Shown: one piece after another, positions 46,558 through 60,157 of the stretch
How the letters are laid out: each line of letters begins with the position of its first letter
How positions within the stretch are numbered: the first letter of the stretch is position 1
Source of the DNA: Octopus vulgaris
Taxonomy: Eukaryota
Direction: 5' to 3'
Assembly (NCBI GenBank): GCA_951406725.2
Contig: OX597835.1
Location: forward strand, 30,318,001-30,382,000
DNA: 64,000 nucleotides
Program-made: the position numbers and the translations under genes
The notes under the pieces: model-generated
The model's database searches: none
What the model was told of the DNA's origin: nothing
What the model saw: only the letters and a program-made list of their open reading frames with translations

Positions 46558-46558
<1 letters not shown>
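45427..46558 (+). mobile_element. Second Penelope-like family: decayed GIY-YIG 3' fragment plus 3' UTR
   Basis: With frameshifts: YIGQT/NSLRKRMALHRSQ/KQHIDICA..FRMFP/RISKETLFITKYRPLLN (45427-45668), colinear with the 24674-25258 protein; UTR contains (TTC)n and (ATC)n and ends in a truncated HHR matching 15382-15550. Confidence 0.8.
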
Positions 46559-46609
<51 letters not shown>

Positions 46610-46920
46610 TCAATGCATGTGTGTGTGTGTGTGTGTGTGTGTGTGGTGTGAATTTGTTTGGGTGTGTGCTTGTGTACGTGTGTGGCCTGTGGGTCTGGAT
46701 GTGCATATGTGACACCTACTGGTTGCTGATCTGGGGAAGAATACTTCTCGAAGTGAAAGTAGAGGATCATTTCAAAACGGTCCAATTGCCTGTAACTTCA
46801 GAGAGAATCAACCAAATTACATACTTATGTAGTGAAATCGAATATGCAAAATATTGATAACAAACAACAAAAGGATGTACGCATGAAATGTATTTTCTTG
46901 ATACTCGGCAAGAAAATAGG

Positions 46921-46955
46921 GTTTTTGACGTTTCGAGCTGCAGCTCTTCGTTCGA
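46921..46955 (-). ncRNA. HHR-like motif in PLE-derived remnant
   Basis: CGAACGA-A-GAGCT-GC-AGCTC-GAAA-CGTCA; 5' core degenerate. Confidence 0.45.
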
Positions 46956-47128
46956 CAGGAAAACGGAAATATCCAAAGAATAAAACATACACACTACGCC
47001 TGTAGTTTCATATGCATGTATGTATGTATGCGTGTATGTATGTCTGTATGTATGTATGTACGTGTGTTTGTGTATGTGTGTGTGTGTATGTACGAATGAA
47101 CGTATGTTTGTATGTATGCGTACATATA

Positions 47129-47195
<67 letters not shown>

Positions 47196-47343
47196 ATGTG
47201 TGTGTGTGAGTAAATGTCTGTATATACAGGTCATGCCAGCACAATGGTTTTTTTTTTTCCTCTCACTGCCTCTTTTGCCAATCTCTCTCCCTCCCCCTCT
47301 CTCTCTATCTATCTATCTATACATACATACATGCATACATACA

Positions 47344-47406
<63 letters not shown>

Positions 47407-47504
47407 TATTTGTTTGTTTCGTTGATTCATTCATTCATTCGTTCTTCCTGTCTTTCTTCCTGTCTTCCTACCTTCCTACCTTCCTTCCTTCCTTCTTTTC
47501 TCAG

Positions 47505-47543
47505 GCAGCTGGAGATGCCTACAAAGAACCAACTCTCAGTAAG
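47505..47543 (+). other. Candidate 39-nt exon
   Basis: CCTTCTTTTCTCAG| ... AAG|GTAATT; phase-0 reading AAGDAYKEPTLSK. Confidence 0.3.
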
Positions 47544-48103
47544 GTAATTGTTTCGTAAACTTGAAATCGCCAAGACGCATGTCATACCGAAAATCTGTCT
47601 CTTCTTAAAACTACATGAGCCGTGTTTCCATGCAGACAGATTCTGGGCTTTCCGGTAATTCTAAGACAGAAATCTTTGCTTATATTTAACGTATGCCATA
47701 ATTCTGGCGGAATCTTCCTAGTATTCTTCTGCATCGTCTATATGGCATTTATGCATCGAATGTGTATATCAGTGATACGTACGATGACACAAGAATCGAA
47801 GAAGCAAAACGAATTGGAAAGTCTGAAACCGCTCTTTAAGGACTATCTGACGCGATTCAAAGATGCAAAATCCTGAAACTGAGTTCGGGGTCTACATACC
47901 CTACCCTTGAAAAACGAGATACATCAGAGCTGGTCCCTTCATGAAGTGTATTTCGATTCACATATAATGTACATGGAATCGCTTCAGTATCTCCTGCGGT
48001 TTCTTAATATTTTTTGAGGTTGGGAGAAGCAGCGGAGAATGGATTCATTTCAAATACCTTGCCTCAAGGTGTATGCATATACACCCTGCATACACCACAC
48101 ACA

Positions 48104-48170
<67 letters not shown>

Positions 48171-48181
48171 ACGCACATATA

Positions 48182-49118
48182 CAGGGCGTCCCCAAAGCAA
48201 AATATTGTTATATTTCTGGTCCGAGCACTGCAATGCTATGGTAAAGGAAACACAATTATGACATGACCACATTTATTCGATGTGACTGCCTCTGTTTCGA
48301 ATCACAACCTTAAATCTAGGCGCGAATGCTTCAAACACGGCATGCAGCTGTTCTAGCGGAACCAAAGCTCATTCCTGGCACAGTTTTGCCTTCAGGGTAT
48401 CGAGTGAAGCATGAGGAGTGCTCGAGACCCTCGTCCCCAAAATGAACCAAAGACAAAAACTTAGTGGATTAAGTTCAGAGCTTCTTGAGGGCCATACACC
48501 CTTGCCTATGAACGAAGGAATGTTTTTGTCTGAAACCAGTGTTGTGTCTGCTGGGAAGGTGCTAAGTCCTGTTGGAGGCTCCAAGGTGAACCTTGAAAGT
48601 GCTCGTTTGCCCATGAAAGCAGTTCAGTTTCCAGAATGTCGCTAATGTATCGCTGAGTGTTTATTTTAACACCCGGGTGCACAAAAACGAGGGGAGACCT
48701 TCCAGTGGCTGTCATAGCCCTTGGAACCATAATTTACGAATGTACCCTCGACGGAGCCAGATACACTCCAAAGTCAGTCATTCTGATAGTTTACTGTCTG
48801 TTCGATGTCAAATTTGTTTTTATCAGTGAACAACATGTCGGGAAGTGTGTCTTCAGCAATCTGACAATTTTCCAGACTGTTGTTCGGTTAATTTTAAACC
48901 TTTTTGCTATAGCTGTAATACTTTCGCCTCCTTTGTGAAGGGTTACGACTGTATTTCCGTTCATAGCCATTATCTAATTTATAAATATGAATTTATTTAG
49001 TCTGAAACAAAAAGAAGACACACTAAGCTTTTATAATGATGTATTATTTTCATATCTTATCACATTTATTGATAGTTATTAAAGGCCGAAACTTCAGTTG
49101 GCTCAATTTCTAGACACA

Positions 49119-49121
<3 letters not shown>
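48182..49121 (-). mobile_element. Decayed Tc1/mariner DD37D (maT-type) transposon
   Basis: GRSPLVFVHPGVKINTQRY..WSLQQDLAPS and WPSRSSELNPLSFCLW..HASLDTLKAKL; weak CAG(G/T)G(C/T)GTC termini. Confidence 0.8.
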
Positions 49122-49179
<58 letters not shown>

Positions 49180-49350
49180 CACTCTCTCTCTCTATATATA
49201 TATATATAAATACATATATATATATGTGTGTGTGCGTGTGTGTGTGTGTGTTTGTGTGTGTGCCCATATATATAATATAAATATATATATACGCATATAT
49301 ATATATATATATTTTTATGCATATATATATATTCATATATACATATATAT

Positions 49351-49392
<42 letters not shown>

Positions 49393-50046
49393 TTAATGAG
49401 AGAGAAGGTCGATGGAAGATATATACAGAGAGAGAAGGAGAGTATGTATGTCCATGAATATATGATTGTAGTTCTCTCTCCCTATAGGTGTGTTTGTGTA
49501 TGTGTGCTTTGCTTGTGTGTGTGTGTGTGTGTGTATTAAAAATTAGAAGATAATCAATATCATCGATATTTCAATAATGTCATTATCAACGTCCATTTCG
49601 ACAATTTCTATGAATCTTTACAATTGTATCTCTATTAGTAATAATTTCTAATTTAAGTACAAAGGGAACAATTTTGAGGGAAGAGTTTTACTCGATATTA
49701 TCTACCCAAGTAACACTTCATTGGTACTTCTATTAGTCGACCTGGAAGTCATATACTGCTCTAGTATGCTCCAAATTCTTTTTTGTATAAAGTGCTCTCA
49801 TCATCCGTTACAACCAGTTACAAACCCTATGGAGCATTATAGGTACTGTTGTGTTGAAGGAAGGAAATATCGGAGATTGATCTAATGATGCAAATCGAAT
49901 TCTAGAATTCTAGAATGATTCTATCGTGCACAGTTACCAAAATATAGTAAAGAATATATATATGTGTGTGTGTGTGTGTGTGTATAATTATAAACAAGAC
50001 AATTTTAGCCATTTCTCCGGAGCCTGAAGAAAAAAAGCAAATGAAA

Positions 50047-50090
50047 AGCTTCAATCGATTTTCGAACCTTATTGGGTTCTCATCAGAGGT
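50047..50090 (-). ncRNA. Minimal HHR motif, probably inactivated
   Basis: CTGATGA-GAACC-CAATAA-GGTTC-GAAA-ATCGAT-TG: intact core boxes and 5-bp stem II, but G at the cleavage position and broken stem I. Confidence 0.6.
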
Positions 50091-50387
50091 GGTCACACCA
50101 TACTGGCAGTTTCCAGAGAAACAATCAGCCAAACTGTTTATATACTCAACAAATGCAGCGGTTACTCTATGAAGGAGACCCTAATTTGCATACCAAAAGT
50201 GTTTAACTCTATAAATACCAGCGACCTTAGTCCACACAGTATCAAGGTATGATATAATATATATATGTAACATATGGTATAATTATATATATAAGCGCAT
50301 ACACTACACACAAAGAGAGCCCTTATATACAAATCAAGGTGGAAATTTATTACTCAAATACTAAAGGTAGATTATTTCATGAAAGTT

Positions 50388-50917
50388 GGTGCAGGGGTAG
50401 CTGTGTGGTAACTATCTTGCTTACCAAACACATAGTTCCGGGTTCAATCCCACTTAGTGGCGACTTGGGCTAGTGTCTTCTACTATATCATCGGGCCGAC
50501 CAAAGCCTTGTTGGTGGATTTAGTAGACGGAAACTGAAAGAAGCCCGTAATATATGTATGTGTGTTTGTGTTTGTGTGTCTGCGGTTGTACCCACCCAAC
50601 ATCGCTTGACAACCTATTTCTTTATTACCCACTAAGGGGCTAAACACAGAGGGGACAAACAAGGACAGACATAGGTATTAAGTCGATTACATCGACCCCA
50701 GTGCGTAACTGGTACTTAATTTATCGACCTCGATGTTTATTGACAACCGATGTTAGTGTGTTTATGTCCCCGTAACTTCGCGGTTTGGCAAAAAAGCCCG
50801 ATAGAATACTTACTAAGCTGACAAAAATGAATCCTGGGGTTCGATTTGTTCAACTAAAGGCGGTTCTCCAGCATAGTTGCTGTCAAATGACTGAAACAAA
50901 TAAAAGAGTAAAAGAAT
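50388..50917 (+). mobile_element. SINE family A with nested inverted family B 3' fragment (~50615-50732)
   Basis: Family motifs; TTGACAACC duplicated at 50606 and 50740 around the insert. Confidence 0.85.
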
Positions 50918-50994
50918 GAACTGTTACTTAGTTGCGGTGGTAGCCATCGCAATTGTCTGACGAACGGCCAAGTGAAAATCTGTGTTTATACCTA

Positions 50995-51063
<69 letters not shown>

Positions 51064-51084
51064 CTATCTCTCTCTCTTTCTCTA

Positions 51085-51177
<93 letters not shown>

Positions 51178-51249
51178 CAAAGTAACACCAAATATATAGT
51201 GCGTGTGTTTTTATTGGCTAAACTGGAAAAATGACCATTCCTAAATATA

Positions 51250-51307
<58 letters not shown>

Positions 51308-51314
51308 TGTAAAA

Positions 51315-51628
51315 GCAAGAGTCCCCCTTCGGTCATGAATGACCATGGGAATGCGCTTAGAAAGAAGAACGGGTAAGTTTGTTCATAGACGACCAGCAGC
51401 GCCCATTTTTTCTACGCCACCCACCGATGATGTTGTCCAAGGGAAAGTCAAAGGCCGATACAGCTTGGAACTAGTGACGTCGCAACTCATTCCTACAGCT
51501 GAATGAACTTGAGCAACATGAAATGAAGTGTCTTGCTCAAGAACACAACACACAAACTGGTTCGGTAATCAAACACTCTACCTTATGATTGTGATCCCAG
51601 CACTCTAACCACTGAGCCATGCGCCATC
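51315..51628 (-). mobile_element. tRNA-derived SINE (head D + tail Z)
   Basis: Minus strand GGCGCATGGCTCAGTGGTTAGAG...GTGTTCTTGAGCAAG..TCAGCTG..AATGAGT matches 2751-2888, then diverges. Confidence 0.75.
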
Positions 51629-51888
51629 ATATTTTATTTATTGATGTGTATATTAATGTCTCATTTTATTCTCAGTTATAATATAAAAAAAAAACCTTTT
51701 AATATAAAGCTGAAGAAGTACTCAATACTTTTTGTAAAGTTCGAATTATCATACTTTTACAAGAAGAAGGCTAACACTGATTTCCATGCTTCGTTCTGTC
51801 CGAGGAAGAAGAGAAGGCTTGAACTGCGAAGTTACTGTCACCACGTAGTCAGATGACGGAAACAAGTCAGATGCGTAAAAACGAGCAA

Positions 51889-51938
<50 letters not shown>

Positions 51939-52165
51939 TGATATTCTTTTACTTGTTTTAGTCATTTGACTGCAGCCATACTGGGACACCACCTTGAAAG
52001 GGTTTCTGTCACAGGACTTATTTTGTAACCCTTGTATTTAATCTATCGGTTAGTTTTTGCTGGATCGATAAGTTACAGGGACGTAACCACATCAACACCG
52101 GTTGTAAAATGGTAATGTGGGGGTACAAACAGAGACATAAAAACATACATATATATATGTGTACG

Positions 52166-52230
<65 letters not shown>

Positions 52231-52237
<7 letters not shown>

Positions 52238-52648
52238 TTCGAGACAAAACCACTATTTTGCAAAACAAACAAGGAAAGACTTAATCAATACATAAAAATT
52301 TTTAATATAAAGAAATAAACCGCCACTACAATCGTTTCATGTCTTCAATGACATTCGTCAGGTGGATTTTCTATCTCCTAATCTGTTTTAATTTATGACT
52401 TCATAAATTAAAACAGATTAGGAGATAGAAAATCCACCTGACGAATGTCATTGAAGACATGAAACGATTGTAGTGGCGGTTTATTTCTTTATATTAAAAA
52501 TTTTTATGTATTGATTAAGTCTTTCCTTGTTTGTTTTGCAAAATAGTGGTTTTGTCTCGAATTAATATTATATAATATTTTACTATAAAATTGGATTTAA
52601 TCCTAAATCTGATTTTTCCCTGTAATTTTGGATTTATTCCCTAATATT

Positions 52649-52652
<4 letters not shown>
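52231..52652. mobile_element. Non-coding fold-back element: 338-bp palindrome (168-bp arms, CT spacer) plus ~84-nt one-sided tail
   Basis: 52231-52398 is the reverse complement of 52401-52568; embedded in (TA)n. Confidence 0.9.
52434..52476 (+). ncRNA. Canonical minimal type I hammerhead ribozyme (mirror at 52323-52365, minus strand)
   Basis: CCAC-CTGACGA-ATGTC-ATTGAA-GACAT-GAAA-CGATTG-TA-GTGG; predicted cleavage after GUA at 52472. Confidence 0.85.
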
Positions 52653-52695
<43 letters not shown>

Positions 52696-53785
52696 CAATT
52701 GTCACATACAGTTTCCATCTACCAAATCCATTCACAAGGCTTTGGTCGGCCCGAGGCTATAATAGAAGACACTCGCCCAATGTGCCACGCAGTCGGACTG
52801 AACCCGGATACATGTGGTTAGTAAGCAAGCTATTTACCACACAGCCACTCCTGCGCCTGTATGTATATATTCTTTAAACATAGATATACACATGTGTGTA
52901 TTACTAGAAACTAACGATTATACTTCAATACCATTATACACTCGTACATAAACACAGGCAGTATGTTGTTAGTTTGCGCTGAAATGATGAAAGAAATATC
53001 GTTTATTATATTATGACAAAACTACACTGTCGATGAGGTTTCGATCTGCTTTATAGAATACAAAGATATAAATAATCTTTTAAACAGAAGCCTTTCTTAA
53101 TGGGACTTCTTATATCAATGATGAAGGCCATTCCACGAAGATGTAGCTATTGAATGGGGTAGATAAATAGTCATAGCATTGGATATTTCTTTTGGTTAAG
53201 ATTAAAATCTAAATTGATTTCACAGAAAGGCTAACATTCAAACAGATGCAGAAACACATGGATATACGCATATGAATATATATATATATATATATATATA
53301 GATGGCTATAATAGTATACATACATACATACATACATACATACATACATACATACATACATACATACATACTCCATACGGAGACAGATACGAAGAGGTCC
53401 AAAAGATCCAGAGTGATTTCTGCGTTAGTGAAAGTTCAATTAATGAATCGGAGTCAAGCTGTCAATATAAATATATGCATTTATGTGCGTATATATGTTG
53501 CAATTGTGTATGTATGTTTATACAAATGTATATATATATATGTGTATATATATATGTGTGTGTGTGTATGTATATATATATATGTATGCATATATATGCA
53601 TGTATATATATCCATATACCCTTATATATAATGTGTGTGCTTATATTTACATATATTTACGTATGTTTATATGTAAGTGTATATACGCATACATATATGT
53701 AAATGTGTGTGTATATGTATAAAAATACTCGAATCGACAACATAATTACATACATACATACATACCTACACACAAACACATATAC

Positions 53786-53819
<34 letters not shown>

Positions 53820-54204
53820 AATTAATAAATAAAACATATGCATATATACATACATATATGTACGGACCTACCTCTACATGTATATATACATGCATATATG
53901 GGTACAGAGCAACAAAAAAAGTCGAACACAATGAGAAACGAAAACATAAACACAAAACCAAGGAACTGGACATTTTTCTTAAACAACGAAAAAATAGAGT
54001 ACAGGACAAATATCACAAGGAAAATTCCCCTTCTTCAGTCGCCATGGTTTCATCTACTCTGCGTACGTATATACATATATCAATATATATGAGTGTGTTA
54101 AATTATAAGGCACTAAAAGGGAATGACTCTCGCTAGACACAACAGAATATGCTTCAACACACGAACTCACTTAAAGAATCTTGCAAACCAAATCCCAAAA
54201 CTAA

Positions 54205-54259
<55 letters not shown>

Positions 54260-54444
54260 TATATATATATACAGGGAGAGAGAGAAAGAGAGAGAGAGGG
54301 AGAGAGGGAGAGAGAGAGACATGACTGCTTAGAATGTTGACTTTTGGAGAGAGCAACGATGTATATATCAAGATTTTCTATAAGATGGTTTGGTTATTGT
54401 TATCTGTCAGTGTGTGTATAGATAATTATATTTATGTATATATT

Positions 54445-55695
54445 ACAGGCAATAAAAGACCAAGATGACGTTGTAAGCTTACAGCGGGATCTGCATTCGG
54501 TATACAGTTTAATGCAGGACAAGCGCAAGCACTGCTCTATCAACTCAGGTGTGAACTACAGCCTCTATATATAGGACCCGAAGACGCTACAATCCCAGAG
54601 TCACAGGAAGTGAAAAGCTTTTGGATCAGAATGTGCAATGACGCATCATTTTATACGCACATTAACAAGATGACAGCAAAGTGCAGACAACTTCCAGGAT
54701 AGATACTGAGTTCCTGCAAGACAACTATGTTGACCCTGTGGAGAACATTTGTCCTCAGCCGCCTGGACTACTATTCCCAGTTATGACATGATATAGGGCC
54801 AATCTAACCACGGAGCTTGAACAGTGCAGCGGTTGAGCTGCAAGGATAACCTCAGAAAGCTGCAACTTTACTTCCTGGAGCGAGGGCGTGAGATATATGC
54901 AATAATATACATACTCTTTTACTTGTTTCAGTCATTTGACTGCGGCCATGCTGTGGCACCGCCTTTTGTCGAGCAAATCGACCCCGGGACTTATTCTTTG
55001 TAAGCCCAGTACTGATTCTATCGGTCTCTTTTTTGCCGAACCGCTAAGTTACGGGGAAGTATACACACCAGCATCAGTTGTCAAGCAATGCTAGGGGGAC
55101 AAACACAGACACACAAACATATACACACATGCACACATACATATATATATATACATATATACGACAGGCTTCTTTCAGTTTCCGTCTACCAAATCCACTC
55201 ACAAGGCATTGGTCGGCCCGCGGCTATAGCAGAAGACACTTGCTCAAGATGCCACGCAGTGGGACTGAACCCGGAACCATGTGGTTAGTATGCAAGCTAC
55301 TTACCACACAGCCACTCCTGCGCCTATATGGAAGATTCTAGAAGGGCTATACGTAATTTCGACGTTGAGTGATATACAAACGCCAGAACTGGCCGCCATT
55401 GTATTCTACCAAAGTTACAATCCACTCCGCCTAGTTTCAGGACCAGGTACCGCAATAGTCTAGGGTTCAATGGCCCACAGTTCTTCAGTGCTCTTTCAGA
55501 AGAAATTAAGAAATCTACATAGAATGGAAGAAGATATCTTTAAAGATATCTTCTCCAAAATACCGGATTAACCAACAGCCCAACAGGAGTTGCAGACGAT
55601 GGCAGCGCAATCAAACTCGCTTTTACGCCAAATGGGACAACAGTTGGAACAAAGAAACATAGAGGAGTGGCGATGTGAAGCACTCCAGACTCGGG
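54445..55695 (+). mobile_element. Decayed LINE ORF2 3' part (CR1/L2-type RT C-terminus), split by a SINE
   Basis: LQRDL..FN, F..HINKM..CRQL.G*IL, MLTLWRTFVLSRLDY.SQL, YAIIY|IWKILEGL, GPQFFSAL. Confidence 0.75.
54914..55324 (-). mobile_element. SINE family A, full length and little diverged
   Basis: Complete head-microsatellite-tail structure; interrupts the LINE reading frame. Confidence 0.9.
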
Positions 55696-55734
<39 letters not shown>

Positions 55735-56032
55735 ATAAAAATTATATATAAAGATGGGACAAGAACGAAAAAAACACAAAGAGACGACACAAAAACGGAC
55801 GGGTCATTCGAAGCCTCTAATCTTCAGTCAGGAACCGGATCGTCCTAGCAAATTTCGGCTAATACATATATATATGCGTGTATGTATGTATGTATGTATG
55901 TATGTATGTATGTATGTATGTATGTATGTATGTATGTATGTATGTATGTATGTATATGTATATATATCTATTTTTATTTTTTTATTTTATTCAGTTTCAG
56001 CTAACAAGCTGTGGCCATGCTGGGGCACCGCC

Positions 56033-56068
<36 letters not shown>

Positions 56069-56070
<2 letters not shown>

Positions 56071-56210
56071 ACTTAGCAGTTCAGCAAAAGACACCGATAG
56101 AATAAGTACTAGACTTACAAAAATAAGTCCTGGGGTCGATTTGTTCGACTAAAGGCGGTGTTCCAGCATGGCCACAGTCAAATGACTGAAACAAGTAAAA
56201 GAGTAAAAGA

Positions 56211-56212
<2 letters not shown>
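56069..56212 (+). mobile_element. SINE family A 3' part
   Basis: TAACTTAGCAGTTC...CAGCATGGCCACAGTCAAATGACTGAAACAAGTAAAAGAG. Confidence 0.8.
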
Positions 56213-56256
<44 letters not shown>

Positions 56257-56960
56257 GTGTCTGTGTGTGTGTATATATATATAATGAATGTGAGCGAGAG
56301 GGAGCAAGAGTGAGAGGGGGAAGACAGCAACTAAGATGCAATTTGCCACACAATCACGTGGTCTCTCGTTTAACCATATATGTCTTGGTCGCCTTATTTA
56401 CTGTATCGTAGAAACAAATTGCACTTTGTTAACCAAATTCGGCAGGTAAGATCAGGCTGGCGCAGACGCCCACCTGGTGACCATGTACAGCGCTGTAACC
56501 TCATGCATTACCCATATTACTTAGGGTTGATGTGTCTCGGAAATGCTCAACAACTTATTCTTCCATTCAGGAGCATGTAATTCGCTTCATGGAAAAAGAA
56601 AATACTCCTTGCCAAGTGACGGTGATGCACTAGATGCAGCATATATGCATAGTATGTACTGACATATATATATAAATTCAGGGTGAATACTTGATAAATG
56701 TAAGCACCTGTATATGTCAGCTAGTAGCATAGGTGAGAGGATATATGTATCAAATGAAATAAAATGAAAAACAGGACACAAAGGATGTCGCGGTACATAA
56801 CTGATAGTTCAAACGCCCTCTTATGTCGATTATGCTTTGATGTAAGAATAAGTTGCTCTATAAAGCTCGAAACATATGTACCGCGACATCGGTTTTTCAT
56901 TTTATTTCATTTGCTACATATATATATATATATATATATATATACATGCACATGCACATG

Positions 56961-58039
56961 CAGGGTGCTATATTTTATTGTTAATTTTAAGCATGCGCAT
57001 TGTTTGCTTTTGATTTTGTCGACCACACAGTATAGTAGGGTCAGCTGGGAACCGTCTGTCACAAAAACCGCTCCATGACGCATTTCACTCTGCCATAAAT
57101 TTGAAAACGACATGCTCTACTGCTTCGCATTCGCGTTGCAAGCTCTAATACGAAAATTTCAGAGCCTTTGGGTGTCAATTTGAGGACAGTGGAATCTGAG
57201 GACATGTAACGTATGTGATAAAAATCAAACATCCAGTCAGCATCATGGTGTTTGGCGTGAACACAAGTGATGGCGACGTTATGCCTCCATTCACCTTCCC
57301 ACACGGCCTCAGACTCAACACGTTGACTTACATCAAGTGCCTGGAGGAGATAGTGTTGGCCTGGCTCAAGAGAGTGGCTGCTGGAAGAGTCCATGTCTGG
57401 TAACAGGGCTCTGCACCATGTCAAATAAGCAGAAGAACCCAGTCATGGTTGTCAGAGATTTTCTGCAACCACATCACCCCTAACATCTGCCCACCTATTT
57501 CTTTACTACCCACAAAGAGCTAAACACGAAAGGGACAAACAAGGACAGAAAAACGGATTAAGTTGATTATATCGTCCCCACTGCGTAACTGGTACTTATT
57601 TAATCGACCCCGAAAGGATGAAAGGCAAAGTCGACCTCGGTGGAATTTGAACTCAGAACGTAGCGGCAGACGAAATACTGCTAAGCATTTCGCCCGGCGT
57701 GCTAACGTTTCTGCCAGCTCACCGCCCTAACTCCACAGGCTTGCCATACTCTTGATTATAACGTGTGGAGCGCAATTGAGCGAGAGAAAAACAAAACTCC
57801 TTGAACTAAGAGCAAGAATTATGACAACATTGACTCCCTTAAACAAGTAGACCGTCCGGAAGAGTTGCAGGAGATTTCGCAGTCATCGATGGCCGTGGAT
57901 GAAGCCAATGGTGATTTTATTGAATAAATTCGCTCTTTAATATTTCCAGATTATTTTGGTACATGTAACTGTTAAAATGAGATGCCACTGTTATTTTTAT
58001 TCTAGCAAAATTTAGACGACAATTTATTCATCGCACCCT

Positions 58040-58040
<1 letters not shown>
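56961..58040 (+). mobile_element. Internally deleted Tc1/mariner DD37D (maT-type) transposon
   Basis: CAGGGTGC...GCACCCTG termini; KHPVSIMVFGV.SDGDVMPP...W*QGSAP...PP|NS; interrupted by a SINE. Confidence 0.85.
57496..57727 (-). mobile_element. SINE family B nested in the transposon
   Basis: Full-length match to 26042-26274. Confidence 0.9.
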
Positions 58041-58092
<52 letters not shown>

Positions 58093-58154
58093 CATATACA
58101 TATACATACATACAGACATACATCGCACCCTATATATATAAACATATACATACA

Positions 58155-58209
<55 letters not shown>

Positions 58210-58499
58210 TCAATTACGAATGGTAAACACTTAATTAGCAGATTTATGCAAAATGCCTCATTTATCTACGAGCAATCTTTTAGGGAATCGACATCAAACA
58301 CCGACTTTCACAAGATGCCACCTACCAGAAGATATTTCAAGTAGTTTCAACAAGGCTAACGGCGTTGGCATTCCGCCGCCTCGAACTGAACCTAAGAAAC
58401 TAGGAAAGAAACGTATGAGAAAAACTTCACACTCACTCACACACAAACACACACACACACACACGTATATATACATATACATACATATATATATATATA

Positions 58500-58685
58500 T
58501 TTTTTTTTTCTCCGTCTTCCCTTCTTTGGATCATTCATTTTCCTACGTTTCTGACTTAGATCTCCGCTCAAAACGTTAAGCCCTCTTTCTTTCCTTCCTT
58601 CCTGAGCGTCCAATAATACTATACTTGTTCCACGCCCTCGCGTTGTTGTTTTTTTCTCTTTGTGTTTTCATGTTGGATGAATTTT
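58500..58685 (+). mobile_element. PLE-derived remnant with degenerate HHR (58547-58581)
   Basis: Homologous to 4180-4378; CTGACTTAGATCTCCGCTCAAAACGTTAAG. Confidence 0.6.
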
Positions 58686-58893
58686 ATATATATATATATA
58701 TTGGCTAAACTGGCAAAATGACCATTCCGAAATATAACAATATATATATATATAGAAATACAATTAAGGGCTCCTAAATTAGGATGCCGAGTGCTGGGAA
58801 CATAAAGGGGATGAACTGGGCACCTGGTAGTAACCAATATTACTACCCCTCTTGTTTATATTCGCATATTTATATATATATATATATATATAT

Positions 58894-59038
58894 ATTTATT
58901 ATATAGAAGGAGCTTCTACAGGACTAGTACTGTTTCATTCAAGAGAAATCTTCAGGAAGCTATTTAACAAGAATTGTATTAGCATTTATACATTTAGGCA
59001 GGTTTAAAGGAGTGGTGGTGGGGGACTTTTTGGGGGTA

Positions 59039-59044
<6 letters not shown>
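58894..59044 (-). repeat. 150-bp inverted copy of 61934-62083, containing an HHR (58911-58961)
   Basis: Identical to its partner except for one homopolymer indel. Confidence 0.9.
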
Positions 59045-59117
<73 letters not shown>

Positions 59118-59775
59118 GCTTGTATGTGTGTGTGTGTGTATATGTGTATATGTGTTTGTATGTATATGTGTATACATGTATATGCATATGTATGTGTAAA
59201 TGTATGTGCTTATGTATGTGTATGTATGTATAAAATATTATATAATTAGGGCTTAGGAAAATAAAATAAATTACTTTGCCACATACTAAACTTTCTAGAA
59301 ATAGCAGCCAATAAAGTTTTTTAGCCCCTTCCACTACTTAGAGAATTTTTTTCCCTCTAACATTGTTTACTCAAAATAATAATGGTCCCTTTACATACTG
59401 AACACTTGATGAAATTGATTAATAACTAATTAACTTTACCCTCCCTTGTTGATATATATATATACATATGTATATGTGTACATGTATGTATATATATATA
59501 TATATATGTGTGTGTGTATGTGTGTATGTATGTATTTGTATATGTGTGTGTGTATATGTATGTGTGCGCGTGTGTGTGTATGTATGTGTATGTATACTTG
59601 TATATGTATATGCATGGATGTATATATATGTGTGTGTATATGTGTATTATGTATGTATTTATATAGATATGTAGTTTATATATATATATGTATGTATATG
59701 CATCTGTCTGTGTGTGTGTATGTGTATATATGTGTATCATTTTTGCGTATGTATACATGTATATGTGTATATGTA

Positions 59776-59812
<37 letters not shown>

Positions 59813-60017
59813 GTGTATATATATGTATATATATATATATGCATACGTATGTGTATGTACATGTATATATGTATGTGTGTATATGTATATATGTTTATAT
59901 ATGTGAGTATGTAGTGATATAAGTATATGCATGTGTATGTATGGGTATGTGTATCAGTGTATATGTATATATGTATGTGTGTGTGTATGTATATGTATGT
60001 ATATGTGTATATATGTA

Positions 60018-60054
<37 letters not shown>

Positions 60055-60117
60055 GTGTATATGTGTGTATGTATGTGTATGTGTATGTATGTGTATATAT
60101 ATCTATATATGTATATA

Positions 60118-60157
<40 letters not shown>

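Larger units (their letters stand above)
51944..52858 (-). mobile_element. SINE family A interrupted in its internal microsatellite
   Basis: 3' half 51944-52140 and 5' half ~52708-52858. Confidence 0.85.

Noticed and set aside
47505-47543. Shugoshin SGO motif similarity (YKEPTL)
   Set aside because: Only six residues match; the flanking basic residues of the motif are absent
47622-47876. 84-aa ORF in unique sequence
   Set aside because: No recognisable domain, non-ATG start, and no clear splice context
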